A stretch of DNA of 64,000 nt from an uncultured delta proteobacterium (GTDB lineage: Bacteria; Desulfobacterota; Binatia; UBA9968). The notes under the pieces are model-generated. The model was not told where the DNA came from and did not search any database. It saw only the letters and a program-made list of their open reading frames with translations. The translations under genes and the position numbers were made by a program. Location of the stretch: positions 128,001 through 192,000 of the forward strand of contig CAVUVW010000019.1 in NCBI GenBank assembly GCA_963745035.1. Direction: 5' to 3'. Shown here piece by piece: positions 10,691-22,376 of this stretch; positions within the stretch are counted from its first letter, which is position 1; the number at the start of each line of letters is the position of its first letter.

Positions 10691-11641
10691 ATGCGAAACC
10701 ATTTTCTCAGCGTCGTGATTCCGTGCCGCGACTACGGACAATACCTGGACGATGCCGTCGAATCGGCGCTGCAACAAGAAGGTTTCGCCAATAACATCGA
10801 GATTATCGTAATCGATGATCATAGTTCTGACTCGAATACCTTACGGAGACTTCGTCATTGGGACACGGCTGACCCGCGAGTACGTGTCGTTCACAACCCG
10901 GGCCCTGTCGGCGCGGCCAGCGCCCGGAACTTTGGCATTGCGGAAGCGAGCGGCGAGTGGATTGCGTTTTTGGATGCCGATGATATTTGGTTGCCCCACG
11001 CGCTGCGAGTTCGTTGGCGAGCGGTACAAAGCTTTCCTGAGACGCAATGGATCGGCGCGGACTTCGTTCGGCAATATGAAAACGGGACATACGACTCGGA
11101 AGGGGTCTTCAAGTCTCGTTCCCAAAAGCACGAGAAACTTCGTCATGCCTATGAAAGCGATACTGTGTTGAAGCTGACCAAGCCCGTGGCTGAGTTCCTG
11201 CATAGGAGTCTTGGTTGGACGAGCACGATTATGGCGAAGAAGGCGTTACTAGAAGGTGTGGGCGGATTCGACGCTACCTTGGGCAACTACGAAGATCATC
11301 ATCTTTGGATCCGGCTGGCTTACGCAGCGGACTTTTATTTTGTCCCAAAGGTGGTTGCGTATTATCGAGATCACCCGATGAGCGTTTCTCGCAACCAAAG
11401 CTCTCCCGCGGGTTGGTATATAGTCGCCATGCATTTGCTTCAACGCGAGCCACATTTTAGACCCTACCGGCGGTTTATCCGGAAGAAATTGGGTTCGCTT
11501 TTCGTGCAGAACTCGAGTTATTACAGGGCGCGCGGAGAATGGCAGCTCGCGGCAATGTCTGCCGGTCGGTCAATTCTTTATCAGCCATTGCAATTAAGTG
11601 CGTGGCGAAGTCTGGTCGCCGCAATGATTTGTCGCAGATGA
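10691..11641 (+). CDS. glycosyltransferase family 2
   Basis: SVVIPC, IIVIDDHS, ARNFGI, AFLDADD, YEDHHLW. Confidence 0.92.
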   Translation: MRNHFLSVVIPCRDYGQYLDDAVESALQQEGFANNIEIIVIDDHSSDSNTLRRLRHWDTADPRVRVVHNPGPVGAASARNFGIAEASGEWIAFLDADDIWLPHALRVRWRAVQSFPETQWIGADFVRQYENGTYDSEGVFKSRSQKHEKLRHAYESDTVLKLTKPVAEFLHRSLGWTSTIMAKKALLEGVGGFDATLGNYEDHHLWIRLAYAADFYFVPKVVAYYRDHPMSVSRNQSSPAGWYIVAMHLLQREPHFRPYRRFIRKKLGSLFVQNSSYYRARGEWQLAAMSAGRSILYQPLQLSAWRSLVAAMICRR

Positions 11642-12621
11642 ACGATTATACCATTGCCGTGGTCATTCCGGCGTACAATGCTGAACGCTACATCTGCGAG
11701 GCACTCGACAGCGTAGTCGGTCAAAGGCGGCTCCCAGAACAGATTATTGTGGTAGACGATGGCTCCGTCGACCACACGGCCGCGCGAGTTCTGAGTTGGC
11801 GACGCGACAACTTTCCTGGGCTAATCTTGCGGCAACAGAGCAATCGCGGCGTTTCCACAGCCCGCAACACCGGCCTCCGTCATGTTGAAGCAGATCTCAT
11901 TGCATTCCTTGATTCGGACGATCTTTGGTTGCCGCATCACCTGGAGCGGCTCGAGACTGCATTCAAACGCCATCCCGAACTCCTGGTTTGTTTTGGCGAT
12001 ACTTTTCGTTTTGACAGCCAACAAGTAAACAAGACGAGTTCCCTGGTTAGTTCGCGAATTCAGTGCGTCAATTACCACGAAGAGAAAGATGGACTCCGTC
12101 TAATGCAAGGGTCTGTGTACGCTAGCTTAGTTCGGGGCAATTATGTGTGTTTGAGTGCATCTTTGGTCTCTAAAAAAGCATTGGAGAGAGTTGGGGCCTT
12201 CGATGAAGCAATTAAAAGTGCCGAAGACCGACTTCTTTTTCTTCGATTGTCCGTCATCGGTCAGTTTGCTTATTATCCATGCATAGTCGCGCACAAACGA
12301 GTACATGATAATAACCTGACGCACCCGCGGCACCAAGCGGAGTTCAACCGGTATAAACTTATGGTACTTCAGCGACTGATCAATGATGCCGAAGCAATGA
12401 AGCTATCGGCCATGGAGAGAGAGCAAACACGCGCGGCCCTTAGCGAGCAGGTCTGGAACATGCTATATATCGATTTTCGCGCCGGCTTCGGCGCATTTTT
12501 AGATACTTTCCTGTATCTCATCCGTCATCGTCAATTCGCGGTCATCTGTAATCCGAATGAGTTTTTTCGCGCGGCACTTTCTTATTATCGCACTGCTAGA
12601 AAACGACAAACCGCACGATAG
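11638..12621 (+). CDS. glycosyltransferase family 2
   Basis: ATGA overlap with upstream gene; VVIPAYN, VVDDGS, ARNTG, AFLDSDD. Confidence 0.92.
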   Translation: MNDYTIAVVIPAYNAERYICEALDSVVGQRRLPEQIIVVDDGSVDHTAARVLSWRRDNFPGLILRQQSNRGVSTARNTGLRHVEADLIAFLDSDDLWLPHHLERLETAFKRHPELLVCFGDTFRFDSQQVNKTSSLVSSRIQCVNYHEEKDGLRLMQGSVYASLVRGNYVCLSASLVSKKALERVGAFDEAIKSAEDRLLFLRLSVIGQFAYYPCIVAHKRVHDNNLTHPRHQAEFNRYKLMVLQRLINDAEAMKLSAMEREQTRAALSEQVWNMLYIDFRAGFGAFLDTFLYLIRHRQFAVICNPNEFFRAALSYYRTARKRQTAR

Positions 12622-12960
12622 CAATGGCAAGAGCCTCACTACTCCATAGCGCGGTGCGCGGGGGAGTATTGAACTCAGAGTCCCAATTATGCGAGCTGGC
12701 AATTGGATCGGTACTTTAGTCGTTTTTCCTTTTGCCGTGTTATTGGGGCGCTCAAGAGAGGCGTCGAACCGCTGTTCGTCCTGAGCAATCTGCCAAATGA
12801 CATGAAAACGGGATGAAAGAACGACCGGGAAACAGAGCGGGAACCCAAAAGTTCCATTTGTCGATGAATGCCAGCGAGAATTTCTTCACTCGGATCGGCG
12901 CTGAATTTGGCCCTGTGGTGTTCGAACTTGAATCACCTTAGAGTAACGTAAGGGTTTGTC

Positions 12961-14013
12961 ATGAAGGTCATGATTACGGGATCCAGCGGATTGATCGGTT
13001 CTGAGATGGTCAGCTATTTCGATCGGCGCGCCCAGTCCGTCGTCGGAATCGACAATAACATGCGAGCTGACTTCTTCGGCCCCGAGGGGGATACGCGCTG
13101 GAACCTGAATCGGTTGTTACGGACGACTCGAAACTTCCGAGCCCATGACGTCGATGTACGCGACCGATATGGGTTACAATCCTTATTCCGCGATGAGGGA
13201 CCTTTCGATCTAATCGTTCACTGTGCAGCGCAACCGAGCCACGACCTTGCAGCCAGGCGTCCAGTAGACGACTTCGATGTTAATGCGAAGGGGACGATGA
13301 ACGTACTCGATGCCACGCGTCAGTTAAGCCCGGATGCAGTTTTTGTATTCATGTCGACGAATAAAGTCTACGGTGATGCCCCGAATGAGCTTACTTTGAA
13401 TGAACTCGAGTGGCGCTGGGACTATGCAGATCCCGAAGATCATGGGGGGATTACCGAACAGATGCGCATCGACTCCTCCACGCACTCGATATTCGGTGCG
13501 AGCAAGGTGGCGGCCGATATTATGGTTCAGGAGTATGGACGCTACTTCGGCATGAAGACATGCTGTCTGCGCTGCGGCTGTCTGACCGGACCGAATCATG
13601 CAGGGGTCGAGCTGCATGGATTTCTCTCTTATCTGGTAAAAGTCCAGCTCCAACAAAACATCTATCAGATTTACGGTTACAAAGGGAAGCAGGTTAGGGA
13701 CAATATTCACAGCTATGACGTCGCAACGGCGATTGAAGCTATCTACCAAAGTCCACGCATTGCCGCAGTCTACAACCTTGGAGGTGGGCGGGCGAATTCT
13801 TGCTCAATTTTCGAAGCGTTCCACACCGTGGAGCAACTGACGGGCAAGAAGATGAAGTATGAGTATCGCGAACAGCCACGCCAAGGCGATCACATCTGCT
13901 ACATCAGCAACCTTGAGCGTTTTCAAAGTCATCATCGGGGATGGAGCATCACGCGCTCTCTTAATGACATCTTTTTGGAGATCATCAGTGCATGGCAAGA
14001 GCGACTAAAGTGA
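12961..14013 (+). CDS. NAD-dependent epimerase, CDP-paratose 2-epimerase (RfbE/Tyv)-like
   Basis: [37 protein letters not shown] and RQGDH motifs typical of the tyvelose-epimerase subfamily. Confidence 0.8.
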   Translation: MKVMITGSSGLIGSEMVSYFDRRAQSVVGIDNNMRADFFGPEGDTRWNLNRLLRTTRNFRAHDVDVRDRYGLQSLFRDEGPFDLIVHCAAQPSHDLAARRPVDDFDVNAKGTMNVLDATRQLSPDAVFVFMSTNKVYGDAPNELTLNELEWRWDYADPEDHGGITEQMRIDSSTHSIFGASKVAADIMVQEYGRYFGMKTCCLRCGCLTGPNHAGVELHGFLSYLVKVQLQQNIYQIYGYKGKQVRDNIHSYDVATAIEAIYQSPRIAAVYNLGGGRANSCSIFEAFHTVEQLTGKKMKYEYREQPRQGDHICYISNLERFQSHHRGWSITRSLNDIFLEIISAWQERLK

Positions 14014-14292
14014 TGACCGGTAGGAGGCTGTAGTGGAACGTGCCGTCACGTCGATGATGGCAATCCGCTGAGCGCTACCGTGATGATTACCGGCAGAACC
14101 GAAATCTCTTCCGCGAAGGCGGGCTGCTGTGGTAGGTGCAGGCCTTGAGGCATGCCGTGCACCTCCTTACATGAACAGAGCAAGGCTGGGCTGTGGGGAC
14201 GGTAATCGCAAATATCGCCTACGACGTCCTGCTCGGCAGCTGAGACCGCGGCGATTGGGGAGTTCAGCTATCGCTACACCATCGTTCATATC

Positions 14293-17200
14293 ATGAGAGT
14301 GTTGATCATCTCCGCGTTTCCACCGGATCCGGCTCCCGAGGCAAACCATGCGCTCCACCTGAGCGAGCAATTGGCCAAGTCGGGACTTGCTGTGCACGTC
14401 CTATGCAAGAACGGAAGCATCGCCTCCACGCACCCGAACATCGTCGTGCATCCTGTCATGGAGGACTGGGGCTGGTCAGATGTTCCTCGACTTCTTGTAT
14501 GCCTGCGCGAGTGTCAACCGGACGTGGTTCTTCTTCTTTACATCGGGTGGGTGTTTAACTACCAACCCATGATCACGTTTTTGCCGAACTATTGTAAGCG
14601 GGTTATCCCCGGCGTTCCGTGCGTAGTCCAATTTGAAATTGTGAACACAGCGGCCCCTCCGTGTTCGCTGCTCGCACGAGTGCGGCGCAAGATCATGGCA
14701 CTCCGCTCCGGTGGAAGCGTCCACTGGTTTTTCGGAACGCTCCTCCGCGATAGCGCCCGCGTCATCGCTCTGAGTACTCCGCATCGGGCAAGACTTCTTA
14801 CCCACGATCCGGGAATCGAGGAGAAGAGTGTAATCCTGCCGCCGCCGCCGCTCATCCGATTCTGCACGGATTCACCCGACCGCGCTCGGCAGCAAGCTCG
14901 TGAGGTCCTGGGCGCTGGGCCTGACGATTTCGTTTGGGTTTACTGGGGCTATATTTACCCAGGAAAAGGGGTGGAGACGCTTTTGCGGGCTTTTCGTATC
15001 GTTTCGCAGCGAAACTGTAACGCACGCCTAGCGCTTGTGGGTGGCAACCTTGAGATCCCAGACCGTAAGTCCAACGACTACTTTCAAATGGTCCATCGCC
15101 TTCCGGGAATACTTGGAATATCTGAAAAAGTTATCTGGACAGGAAATTTCAATTGGGACAGTGATGAGGGGTCTCGCTACCTTTACGCTGCCGATGCGTG
15201 CGTGTTGCCTTTTGACTATGGGGTGACCCTGAATAGCAGTTCTTTGGCGGCAGCGAGCACTCACGGCGTGCCCGTGATTGGTACTGAACTCCGTGTTGGC
15301 CGGGACGAGATGCTCGAGCATGGTCATAACATCTACCTATGCCCGCCACGTGACCCCGAATTACTCGCGGAGGCGATGCAGCTGATCAGCGAGAACAGCG
15401 ATTTCCGCGAACGCTTGCGGTCTGGGATTTGTGATTTGGCGGATCAATGGCATCGTTGGGATGCCATGGCGGCACGTATGGTCGGAATATTGGAATCGGC
15501 AGTCTCATGCGAGAAAGCGCGGGAATGGGGACAATCCCACTCGTATGTGACAACGAATAAAAAAACACCGCGCACGAAGATCAACGCCTCGGAAACGCGC
15601 ACTCACTGGGCTGGCGCGCTCAGCGGGGTGCAAAACGGGAATCCGGATCTTTCCCCACGGGTATCGTCCGAGCAGAGTACGCTGAACAATACAACCACTC
15701 CCCTGGTGTCCGTCATTGTCGCCGCCTACAACGTCGAGAAGTATCTGATTCAATGCTTGGATTCCTTGGTCAATCAGACGTTGAAGAACACCGAGATTGT
15801 CGTCATCAACGATGCATCCACGGATAACAGTGCGACAATTATCGATGACTACAGTACAAGGTATCCAAATGTTCGCGTGGTTCACTGCGAGTCGAATCAG
15901 GGGCTCGCTACAGTTCGTAATATCGGCATACGCGCGGCGCGCGGTAAATATATTGCCTTCACCGACGGCGATGATTGGGCGGATATCAAACTGTGTGAAG
16001 AGATGTACCAACGAGCAAGCGATGACAACGCAGATGTATTAATCGCCGACGCCACAGTCTTTTACGAAGACTCCAAAAATTTTGGTCGTCTCTTCGACCA
16101 TTCCGTCCGCCGGAGACTGGACCCTCGATTGAGTACCATGCCGTTTGATTTGGGCAGTGAACCTCGGGTTCTATTGTTGGAACCTGTCGCATGGACGAAG
16201 TTATACAAACGCTCGTTCCTCGAAAAGCACGCAATTCAGTTTGAGGATGGGATGAATTCTTATGAAGACATCTGTTTTCATTTTTCTGTGCTTCTGAAAG
16301 CAGAGAGAATATCTCTTCTTGATAAAGCTCTTTTGTATTACCGAATGAACCGGCCAGGGCAGATTTCGGCGCGAAGCAGTCAAAAGATTTTCGAGGTCTT
16401 TAGCGTTTTTCAGAAAATACACGATAATCTTTCCGCCTGGGATGTCCCCGCGGACATTTGGTCCATGCTGGTCAGGGTTCAGCTAAGGCAATTCGATTGG
16501 CTATTAAAGGATCGCGTCCAAGCCGCGCACAAGCGCGAGTTTCTCGAATTGGTGGCAAGGCAGTTCGCCCTCATCCCGAAAGCAGGCTTGCGCGATGTTT
16601 ACGAAACGCGCGACTCCCCATGAGCTGTCTACATTGTTGTGCTTGACCAGAAACTGGCTCCATATTTACGAAGGCGTAACGAGACAGCGCTGGCTCCTGT
16701 TTACGAGGCTCTGCGCGGCGCTTAGGTACGGGCGGAGCGACCTCCTGAATCTGCGGCGCACGCGGGGAGTGTTGCTTAGGCGAGCGATCTCTTTAGTCCG
16801 GTCTTTGATCAATAAGTCGTATCAACTGAAAAGGGTCAAAAACACATTTCGGACAGTCAATAAAAGCGTCAAACAAGGGGCTAGCAAACAGCCGATCGCT
16901 TTACAAGTGGAAGAACCCTTAATCGAAACCTGCCGGATCAACAATCAATTACTGTTTTTGTATCGTTACGCGACCTCAGGTATAGAATACGCGATCCGGC
17001 ACATGCAAGACGACTATTATCTTACGCAGGCCGCAGTGTTTAGAGAGGGAGACATTGTTATCGATGTCGGCGCGCATGTGGGCGTGGTTTCGATATATCT
17101 GGCCAAGAAGTTTCCGTTTATAACGGTCTACGCCATCGAACCAGATCCACTGAACTACGTTTGCCTTACGCGGAGCATTGAGGCCAATAGAGTGACGAAC

Positions 17201-17689
17201 GTTGTCGCTATCAACAAAGCGGTCTCCGGAGACGGCCGAAAGCGAACGCTGTACGTCGACGCCGGGGAGAGCGCGTGGGCCACAATCAACCCCAAGACGG
17301 CGGTCTCGCAGCGGTTGCTGCGTCTGGCGGAAGTCGACACCATCACCCTAGAACAGCTCTTCCTGGAGCATGGAATCGAGCGTTGCCGGCTTCTGAAAAT
17401 AATCGCTCCAGGCGCCGTTGCCGAAACTTTAGGAGGAATCACAAGACGTGGCTGCGTCGATCTTGTTTGCGGCGAAGTGGACCTCGAGGATTGCAACCGG
17501 GTGCGGTTGGAAATCGGCAGTTGGAGAATCGCCCGTCAGCAGTTTTGGAGGACAATAGAACAGCGCGCTAAACAGACAGTCCATTCGTGGATACACCACC
17601 TTCCTAGTAGCAGCGACGAGTTTCCGTCCCATAACTCGTCATCGGCTTCGAGCGGCTGCTTAGCCTTTAGCGAACAACAATCGGATTGA
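14293..17689 (+). CDS. probable multidomain GT4-GT2-FkbM-type methyltransferase (one +1 frameshift near 16590)
   Basis: 14293..16623 has a GT-B/GT4 domain (WGYIYPGKG) then GT2 (SVIVAAYN, INDAS, FTDGDD). 16595..17689 has an FkbM-like domain (IDVGAHVG...YAIEPD), no SD, and joins by removing 1 nt. It may instead be two genes. Confidence 0.7.
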
Positions 17690-18050
17690 GTCGGAGAAGT
17701 TGTACGGAGTGGAGAACGTGGTGGTTCAACAATACCGCGAAACTCGGAAAGAGGAGGCGAGGAACACGCACGTGCGCGGCTGCTTAGCGGCGTCGTCTGA
17801 GGTGCTACGGATTATTTCGAAAACTCGTTCATATCAAGTGACTACGGAAATGTTTCAGATATTTTAGTCTTATTGTTCTGCATTGTAGTTCACTGGTTCT
17901 AGATTTAGAGCCGTCCACAATCACGTTGACCACGATCGAAGAATAATTAGCTGTGTCCCCAGACGCTCGACGTGGTATTCCCTTTGAAAACGGACGCGGA
18001 AAACGTTAGGGCATCATGTTCCACGTGGACTGACAGGGAAGGAGCCAGAG

Positions 18051-19770
18051 TTGCGTGATTACCTTCACTCACAGGTTAGTTGGAAGGCCGATTTTCTCTT
18101 TCTCTTGGTAGTTTCCCTTGTAGTCGTTGGTCTTTGGGTTCCGCGTTGGGCTGGACCTCTCGACCTCCGGTGGGATGGGGCGGTTTACTACATACTGGGG
18201 ACCTCCATCGCCGAAGGAAAAGGGTACCGATTACTCAATGAGCCCGGCGGAAATTGAAGCCATTCAGTATCCTCCACTTCTGCCTTTGCTCGCCGCTGTT
18301 CCTCAAATAATATTGGGGACCAACGACCCCATGATTGTCGGTAAATGGCTGAAGCTTTTCTTCTTTTGTTTCTATGCGTCACTTATGTTCGCTACTTATT
18401 TCATGCTGAAAGTGTTTGTTCCCCGCTGGCTTGCTTTTTTGGGGGTTCTTGCGTTTCTGCTGAATGTACAGGTCACATTTCACTCGAATCTCTTTTTCTG
18501 TGAAATACCCTTTGGCCTGGTGACGGTTCTCTTCATACTTTCCAATCACCGAAGCAGCAACTGGGTGCATGAAACATTGGCGGCGGTGTTGGCTGTCACA
18601 GCTTTCTTATTGCGCACTGCGGGGGTTGCTCTTTTCGCGGCCTGGGTGGCAGAAAGTCTGGTCAAGAAGCAATTCAAAAGAGCGGCGGTTCGGCTGCTAA
18701 TTTCAGCGATCCCCTTCCTGTGCTGGAACGCCTATGTCTTCCATGTGGAACGCAGCCCATCCTATACGACCCCCGCTTATCCGTATCAACGTGCCCCCTA
18801 CTTAAATCATAACGTAAGCTATGCGACGAACCTTACCCTGGAGGATAGTTTCAGTCCGGCGTTCAGCAAAACCACGGCCGCGCAGCTGACGAAACGTTTC
18901 TGGCAAAACCTCCTGGGAATGGGGATTACCCTGGGTGAGGCGGTCAGCGAGAGTCGAGGCTACTGGAAGGGCCGATTCAAATTCCGCGGCCAGCGCTTTC
19001 CTATTCTAAAGCGCATTCCGCAGCGGTCATTTTACATCCCCATGGTACTGCTTGGCGGACTCGTTCTGGGTGGGATGATTGTCTTTGTCAGGCAGGGCGA
19101 AATCTTCATACCAGTTTATATATTGATCTCTGTATTGCTGTTGTGTGCAACACCTTGGCCGGAGCAGTTTCGCCGCTATCTGACGCCGGTGATTCCTTTC
19201 TTGCTGGTCAGTCTTTTCACCTGTCTTCTCGCCTTCGGAACCTGGCTGCGAATGTTGCAGCCAAAGCTTTTTCGGAAATGCACGCCGATTTCTCTGATAG
19301 CAGTTCTAGCGCTGATTTATGCTGCGGAATTAGACAGCCTTTACTCGATGTACCACTATCATCTTGACAGAGTGAAGTCGGAAACGTACGACGGGAAACT
19401 CGTCGACTATCGCTTGTTCTATTACAGCCCTTCGGCCGAGTCCCTTGATTATGGACTGGATTGGTTGAAGAAAAGAGCAAATCCTAGTGACGTATTGGCA
19501 ACATCGATGCCGCACTGGGCTTTTCTAAGAACGGGATTGAAGGCGGTTAGACCTCCTCTCGAATCGAATCCCGACCGGGCCCAGGCCTTTCTAGATTCCG
19601 TTCCTGTTGCCTACATCGTCTTGAATTTTGAAGGCGAGATGCAATTTGTCAACTATCCTATTATTCCTCTCGTCCAGCACAATTCAAAAGTCTGGAAATT
19701 CGTTTATACGGATGAAAAGGGACTGGTTCACATTTACGAACGAGTACGATCCGAAGATCGGAACGAGTGA
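18051..19770 (+). CDS. polytopic membrane protein, GT-C/ArnT-PMT-like (one +1 frameshift near 18250)
   Basis: 'WDGAVYYILGTSIAEGKGY..NEPG' joins 'EIEAIQYPPLLP'; about 10-11 hydrophobic helices; TTG start with AGGAG SD. Confidence 0.65.
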
Positions 19771-19813
19771 GGACAATGAGTCCGTTGTCGAGCGTGAGTT
19801 CCAAGAATAAGTT

Positions 19814-21022
19814 ATGAAATTACTTATTACGATTCCCGCATTAAACGAAGAGGAGAGCATTCAGAGTATCATTGAACGCTGTATCGCGGCCAAAGAGGAA
19901 ATCACGACCCATTCTCCGGTGACCGAAGTGGATATTACCGTCGTGAGCGACGGATCAACGGACCGGACGGTTGAACGTGCTCGTCAGTTCGGCGAAAAGA
20001 TCAAGCTCATTATTTTTCAGAAGAATAGAGGCTATGGCGCTGCGATCAAAGAAGCCTGGCGCCAGTCCGATGCTGATCTTCTCGGGTTCCTAGACGCCGA
20101 TGGAACTTGCGAGCCTCGCTTTTTTGCTCAACTTTGCTCGACCATTGTCAGGGAAGGAGCCGAAATCGTTCTTGGTTCCCGTCTAAACAAGAATAGTAAA
20201 ATGCCGTGGGTCCGCCGATTTGGAAACCGTCTCTTCTCAACTCTTCTAAGCCTTTTGTCTTCCACCCGGGTTAGTGATACCGCGAGCGGCATGCGCGTCG
20301 TCCGCCGGACAAGTCTCTGGTCGCTTCTTCCCCTTCCGGACGGTTTGCAGTTCACCCCGGCCATGAGCGCCCGAGCTGTTCTGGGGAACCTGCGGATCCT
20401 GGAAATCGAGATGCCCTACCATGAGCGAGAAGGTGAATCCAAACTCCGGCTAGCGAAGGATGGGGTGCGCTTCCTGAAAGCCATTTTGGAAGCCTCTTTT
20501 TTATATCGCCCCGCGCGACCGCTTTTCATCTTGAGTCTCGCGTCTTTCGGTTGCGCCTGCGTCTTGATGGTAACTCCGATTATGTACTATCTACAACACC
20601 ATGCAGTTCAGGAATGGATGATCTACCGGTTTGTAGTAAGCCATCTGGCGGGTATTATCGCCTTCCTGTTTTTGTCAGCTGGTTACTTGAGCGCCCGGAT
20701 GGTTCAAATCGCCCTCGCAGAGAAGGGGAAGATGGGCCGGAGGTTTCAGGCTGTTTCCCGGTTTGTTCAAAGCCCAGGTTTTTGGCTGGTTCCGCTCGCG
20801 CTCTTGACGCTGGGAGGAATCTTGGTGCTGCCCAGTTTTCTTGAACTGGTGCACACAGGAGCAACATTCGAACACTGGTCCCGATTTATTGCAATGTCTT
20901 TCTTCTGGTCCATTGCCATCATCCTCATGGGGACTCGTTTTGTGGATTATGTGTTAAAGCTGCTCGAGGCGCAGGTGATCTATCTGAAAGAAACACAAAC
21001 TATCGGTAGAGAACAAAGGTGA
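19814..21022 (+). CDS. polyprenyl-phosphate glycosyltransferase-like GT2 with C-terminal TMs
   Basis: IPALNEE, VSDGSTD, NRGYGAA, LDADGT, DTASGMR, REGESK. Confidence 0.88.
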   Translation: MKLLITIPALNEEESIQSIIERCIAAKEEITTHSPVTEVDITVVSDGSTDRTVERARQFGEKIKLIIFQKNRGYGAAIKEAWRQSDADLLGFLDADGTCEPRFFAQLCSTIVREGAEIVLGSRLNKNSKMPWVRRFGNRLFSTLLSLLSSTRVSDTASGMRVVRRTSLWSLLPLPDGLQFTPAMSARAVLGNLRILEIEMPYHEREGESKLRLAKDGVRFLKAILEASFLYRPARPLFILSLASFGCACVLMVTPIMYYLQHHAVQEWMIYRFVVSHLAGIIAFLFLSAGYLSARMVQIALAEKGKMGRRFQAVSRFVQSPGFWLVPLALLTLGGILVLPSFLELVHTGATFEHWSRFIAMSFFWSIAIILMGTRFVDYVLKLLEAQVIYLKETQTIGREQR

Positions 21023-21089
21023 AGGTCTTGGCTATCTAATCCAGCGGATTGACCGGGTCCGCATAACGACAAGGGACAATCACTTCATT

Positions 21090-22370
21090 CTAGTCTTGCT
21101 TTCCGGCCACGGCGTTTTTCCGCGGTCCCGAAGCAGACCAATGCGGACTGAGGGAAACCACGCCAGTTACATGAGACGGTTCTCCCGGTTTCCGCTCAAT
21201 TTTCAAAGGATGCATTTGCAAGTGATGGTCGTACTTATACGACCAGTCGGTGGGATAGAGCCCAACGTTGAAGTAATAGCAGCCAGGAATAAGCGGCAGT
21301 TCGGGAAAATGGCAACGTAAAACGCCCGATTCAATGAGAGGCCCGAAGGTCGCTCGCGCCGAAAGAACGGCGACTTCGAAGCAATTTACATAAGTTTCGT
21401 TGGTGATTCCCAGATTAAGCGCGAGATCGGCCATAGGCTTTTCCAAGCGGTATTCCAGATCGATGGTCAGGCTATCGCCAGACTGCACGCAGTCGGTCAC
21501 TTGCTCTCGCTTGTCGTAAAAACGCACGTCGCAGATCGTCGCTTCCTGGGTTCCCTCCCGGCTGCCCTGCGAGACGGCGAGGCTAAGAGGGTTAGCAGTT
21601 CCCGAAAGCTGTGCCGCACGCTTTTCCGTTCGTTGACGCATCAAATCGTAGTAGTACTGCTCGGCGTGTTCCGGATCGCCTTGCATGACTATGCGACCTT
21701 CTTCTAACACGACAACCTCATCACACAATGTCTTAATTTGCATCATATCGTGCGAGGTTAGGACGAGTGTCTTGCCGGCTTTGCGGAAAGCTGTCAATCG
21801 ATCGAGGCACTTTTGCTGAAAGCGAGCATCGCCGACGGCGAGAACTTCATCAAGAATAAGCACCTCGGGGTCAAAGTGCATGGCGATGGCAAAGGCGAGA
21901 CGCAGATACATGCCGCTGGAATACGTACGAACTGGTTGATCGATAAAGTCTTCCAGCTCGGCGAAAGCAACGATATCTTTCTCTCCCGCCCGGACCTGTT
22001 GTCTTGTTCGGCCATTAAGTAGACCAGCCGTGAGAATATTCTCCCGTCCGGTGAGGTCCGGATGAAATCCGCTGCCGAGTTCGAGCAAGCCGCTGATAAG
22101 ACCTGTGGAACGAATCCGCCCCGAACTGGGCCGCCCTAGTCCGCATATTAACCGCAGCAGTGTACTTTTGCCCGCGCCATTGTGGCCAATGATACCAAGC
22201 ACGTGCCCCTGCTCCACAGTAAAGCTAACATCGCGCAATGCCCACAGCGTCCGGTGCCTCTTGGCTCGGCCCCTCAGCGTACGACTGACTAGTTCACGAA
22301 TTGTTAATGGACGCTCTTTCCGGAGAAGAAATCGTTTAGAAACGGACTCTACAGCCAATACCGTGGGCAT
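21090..22370 (-). CDS. wzt: polysaccharide ABC exporter ATP-binding protein with Wzt C-terminal domain
   Basis: GHNGAGKST, YSSGMYLRLAF, LDEVLAVGD and a ~170 aa C-terminal beta-rich extension. Confidence 0.92.
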   Translation of the reverse strand: MPTVLAVESVSKRFLLRKERPLTIRELVSRTLRGRAKRHRTLWALRDVSFTVEQGHVLGIIGHNGAGKSTLLRLICGLGRPSSGRIRSTGLISGLLELGSGFHPDLTGRENILTAGLLNGRTRQQVRAGEKDIVAFAELEDFIDQPVRTYSSGMYLRLAFAIAMHFDPEVLILDEVLAVGDARFQQKCLDRLTAFRKAGKTLVLTSHDMMQIKTLCDEVVVLEEGRIVMQGDPEHAEQYYYDLMRQRTEKRAAQLSGTANPLSLAVSQGSREGTQEATICDVRFYDKREQVTDCVQSGDSLTIDLEYRLEKPMADLALNLGITNETYVNCFEVAVLSARATFGPLIESGVLRCHFPELPLIPGCYYFNVGLYPTDWSYKYDHHLQMHPLKIERKPGEPSHVTGVVSLSPHWSASGPRKNAVAGKQD

Positions 22371-22376
22371 AGTCGA

